A DNA stretch of 59,566 nt, filler included. It is 5 parts of 5 records of this genome, joined end to end, with 100 filler letters (N's around TTAATTAATTAA, not from the genome) between each part and the next. Parts side by side here need not be neighbours in the genome. Positions count along the whole stretch, not along the records: positions 53,838 to 59,566 come from SRR2962707_2632; 4 more parts are not named here. One strand, given 5' to 3'. The notes under the pieces are model-generated. The model had not been told where the DNA came from, made no database searches, and worked only from the letters and a program-made list of their open reading frames with translations. This document shows, in pieces, positions 59,477 through 59,566 of this stretch. A program made the translations under genes and the position numbers. Numbering within the stretch: the stretch's first letter is position 1; every line of letters starts with the position of its first letter.

Positions 59477-59566
59477 ATGGATGATTTGCCAGAAGAGGAA
59501 AAGCCCGGGATTCCTGCGTGGGTTGTCACATTTGCCGACCTGATGTCGCTGCTGATGTGCTTTTTC
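59477..59566 (+). CDS. pomB: Flagellar stator subunit PomB/MotB (5' part)
   Basis: PAWVVTFADLMSLLMCFF with the conserved ion-binding Asp. Confidence 0.9.
   Translation, partial: MDDLPEEEKPGIPAWVVTFADLMSLLMCFF

Noticed and set aside
35858-59566. Two motA-like genes as a duplicated stator set
   Set aside because: They lie on different contigs from apparently different classes of bacteria

Overview
The window is not one locus. It is five unrelated contigs joined by artificial 100-nt linkers (N44-TTAATTAATTAA-N44), so neighbourhood inferences must not cross the linkers. Taxonomic labels below are impressions from gene content and composition. (1) 1-12487, Marinobacter-like: recQ, an amino-acid dCache chemoreceptor, a GNAT-nitrilase fusion, a phasin/histone-like HhH protein, and a SenB-type selenosugar glycosyltransferase divergent from a PhnCDE-like putative selenium ABC transporter. 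(2) 12588-25171, GC-rich gammaproteobacterium: an ECF sigma with a secreted partner; a tightly coupled operon divergent from a LysR gene, cysJ(frameshifted)-cysI-three DsrE/F/H-like genes-nitronate monooxygenase-DUF488; then a BfiSR-like two-component system and a DmdB-like CoA ligase. This is the best candidate for an undescribed organosulfur/sulfur-relay system. (3) 25272-36606, Rhodospirillales-like alphaproteobacterium: tRNA-Cys, tRNA-Asn, a Pat acetyltransferase preceded by tandem PhaR-like boxes, a CHASE2 adenylate cyclase, a type I secretion ABC/HlyD pair and a MotA-like gene. (4) 36707-53737, AT-richer, Marinomonas-like: a tRNA 3' end, argC, Lrp-ctlX, LysR-doxX, a BCCT carrier and a yia/sgb-type 3-keto-L-gulonate catabolic operon. 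(5) 53838-59566, Marinobacter-like: the frmA 5' end, a cryptochrome-DASH operon with an eroded DUF2805 gene, and pomAB. No CRISPR array, rRNA or transposase was seen. All calls come from motif recognition by eye; no database searches were run.
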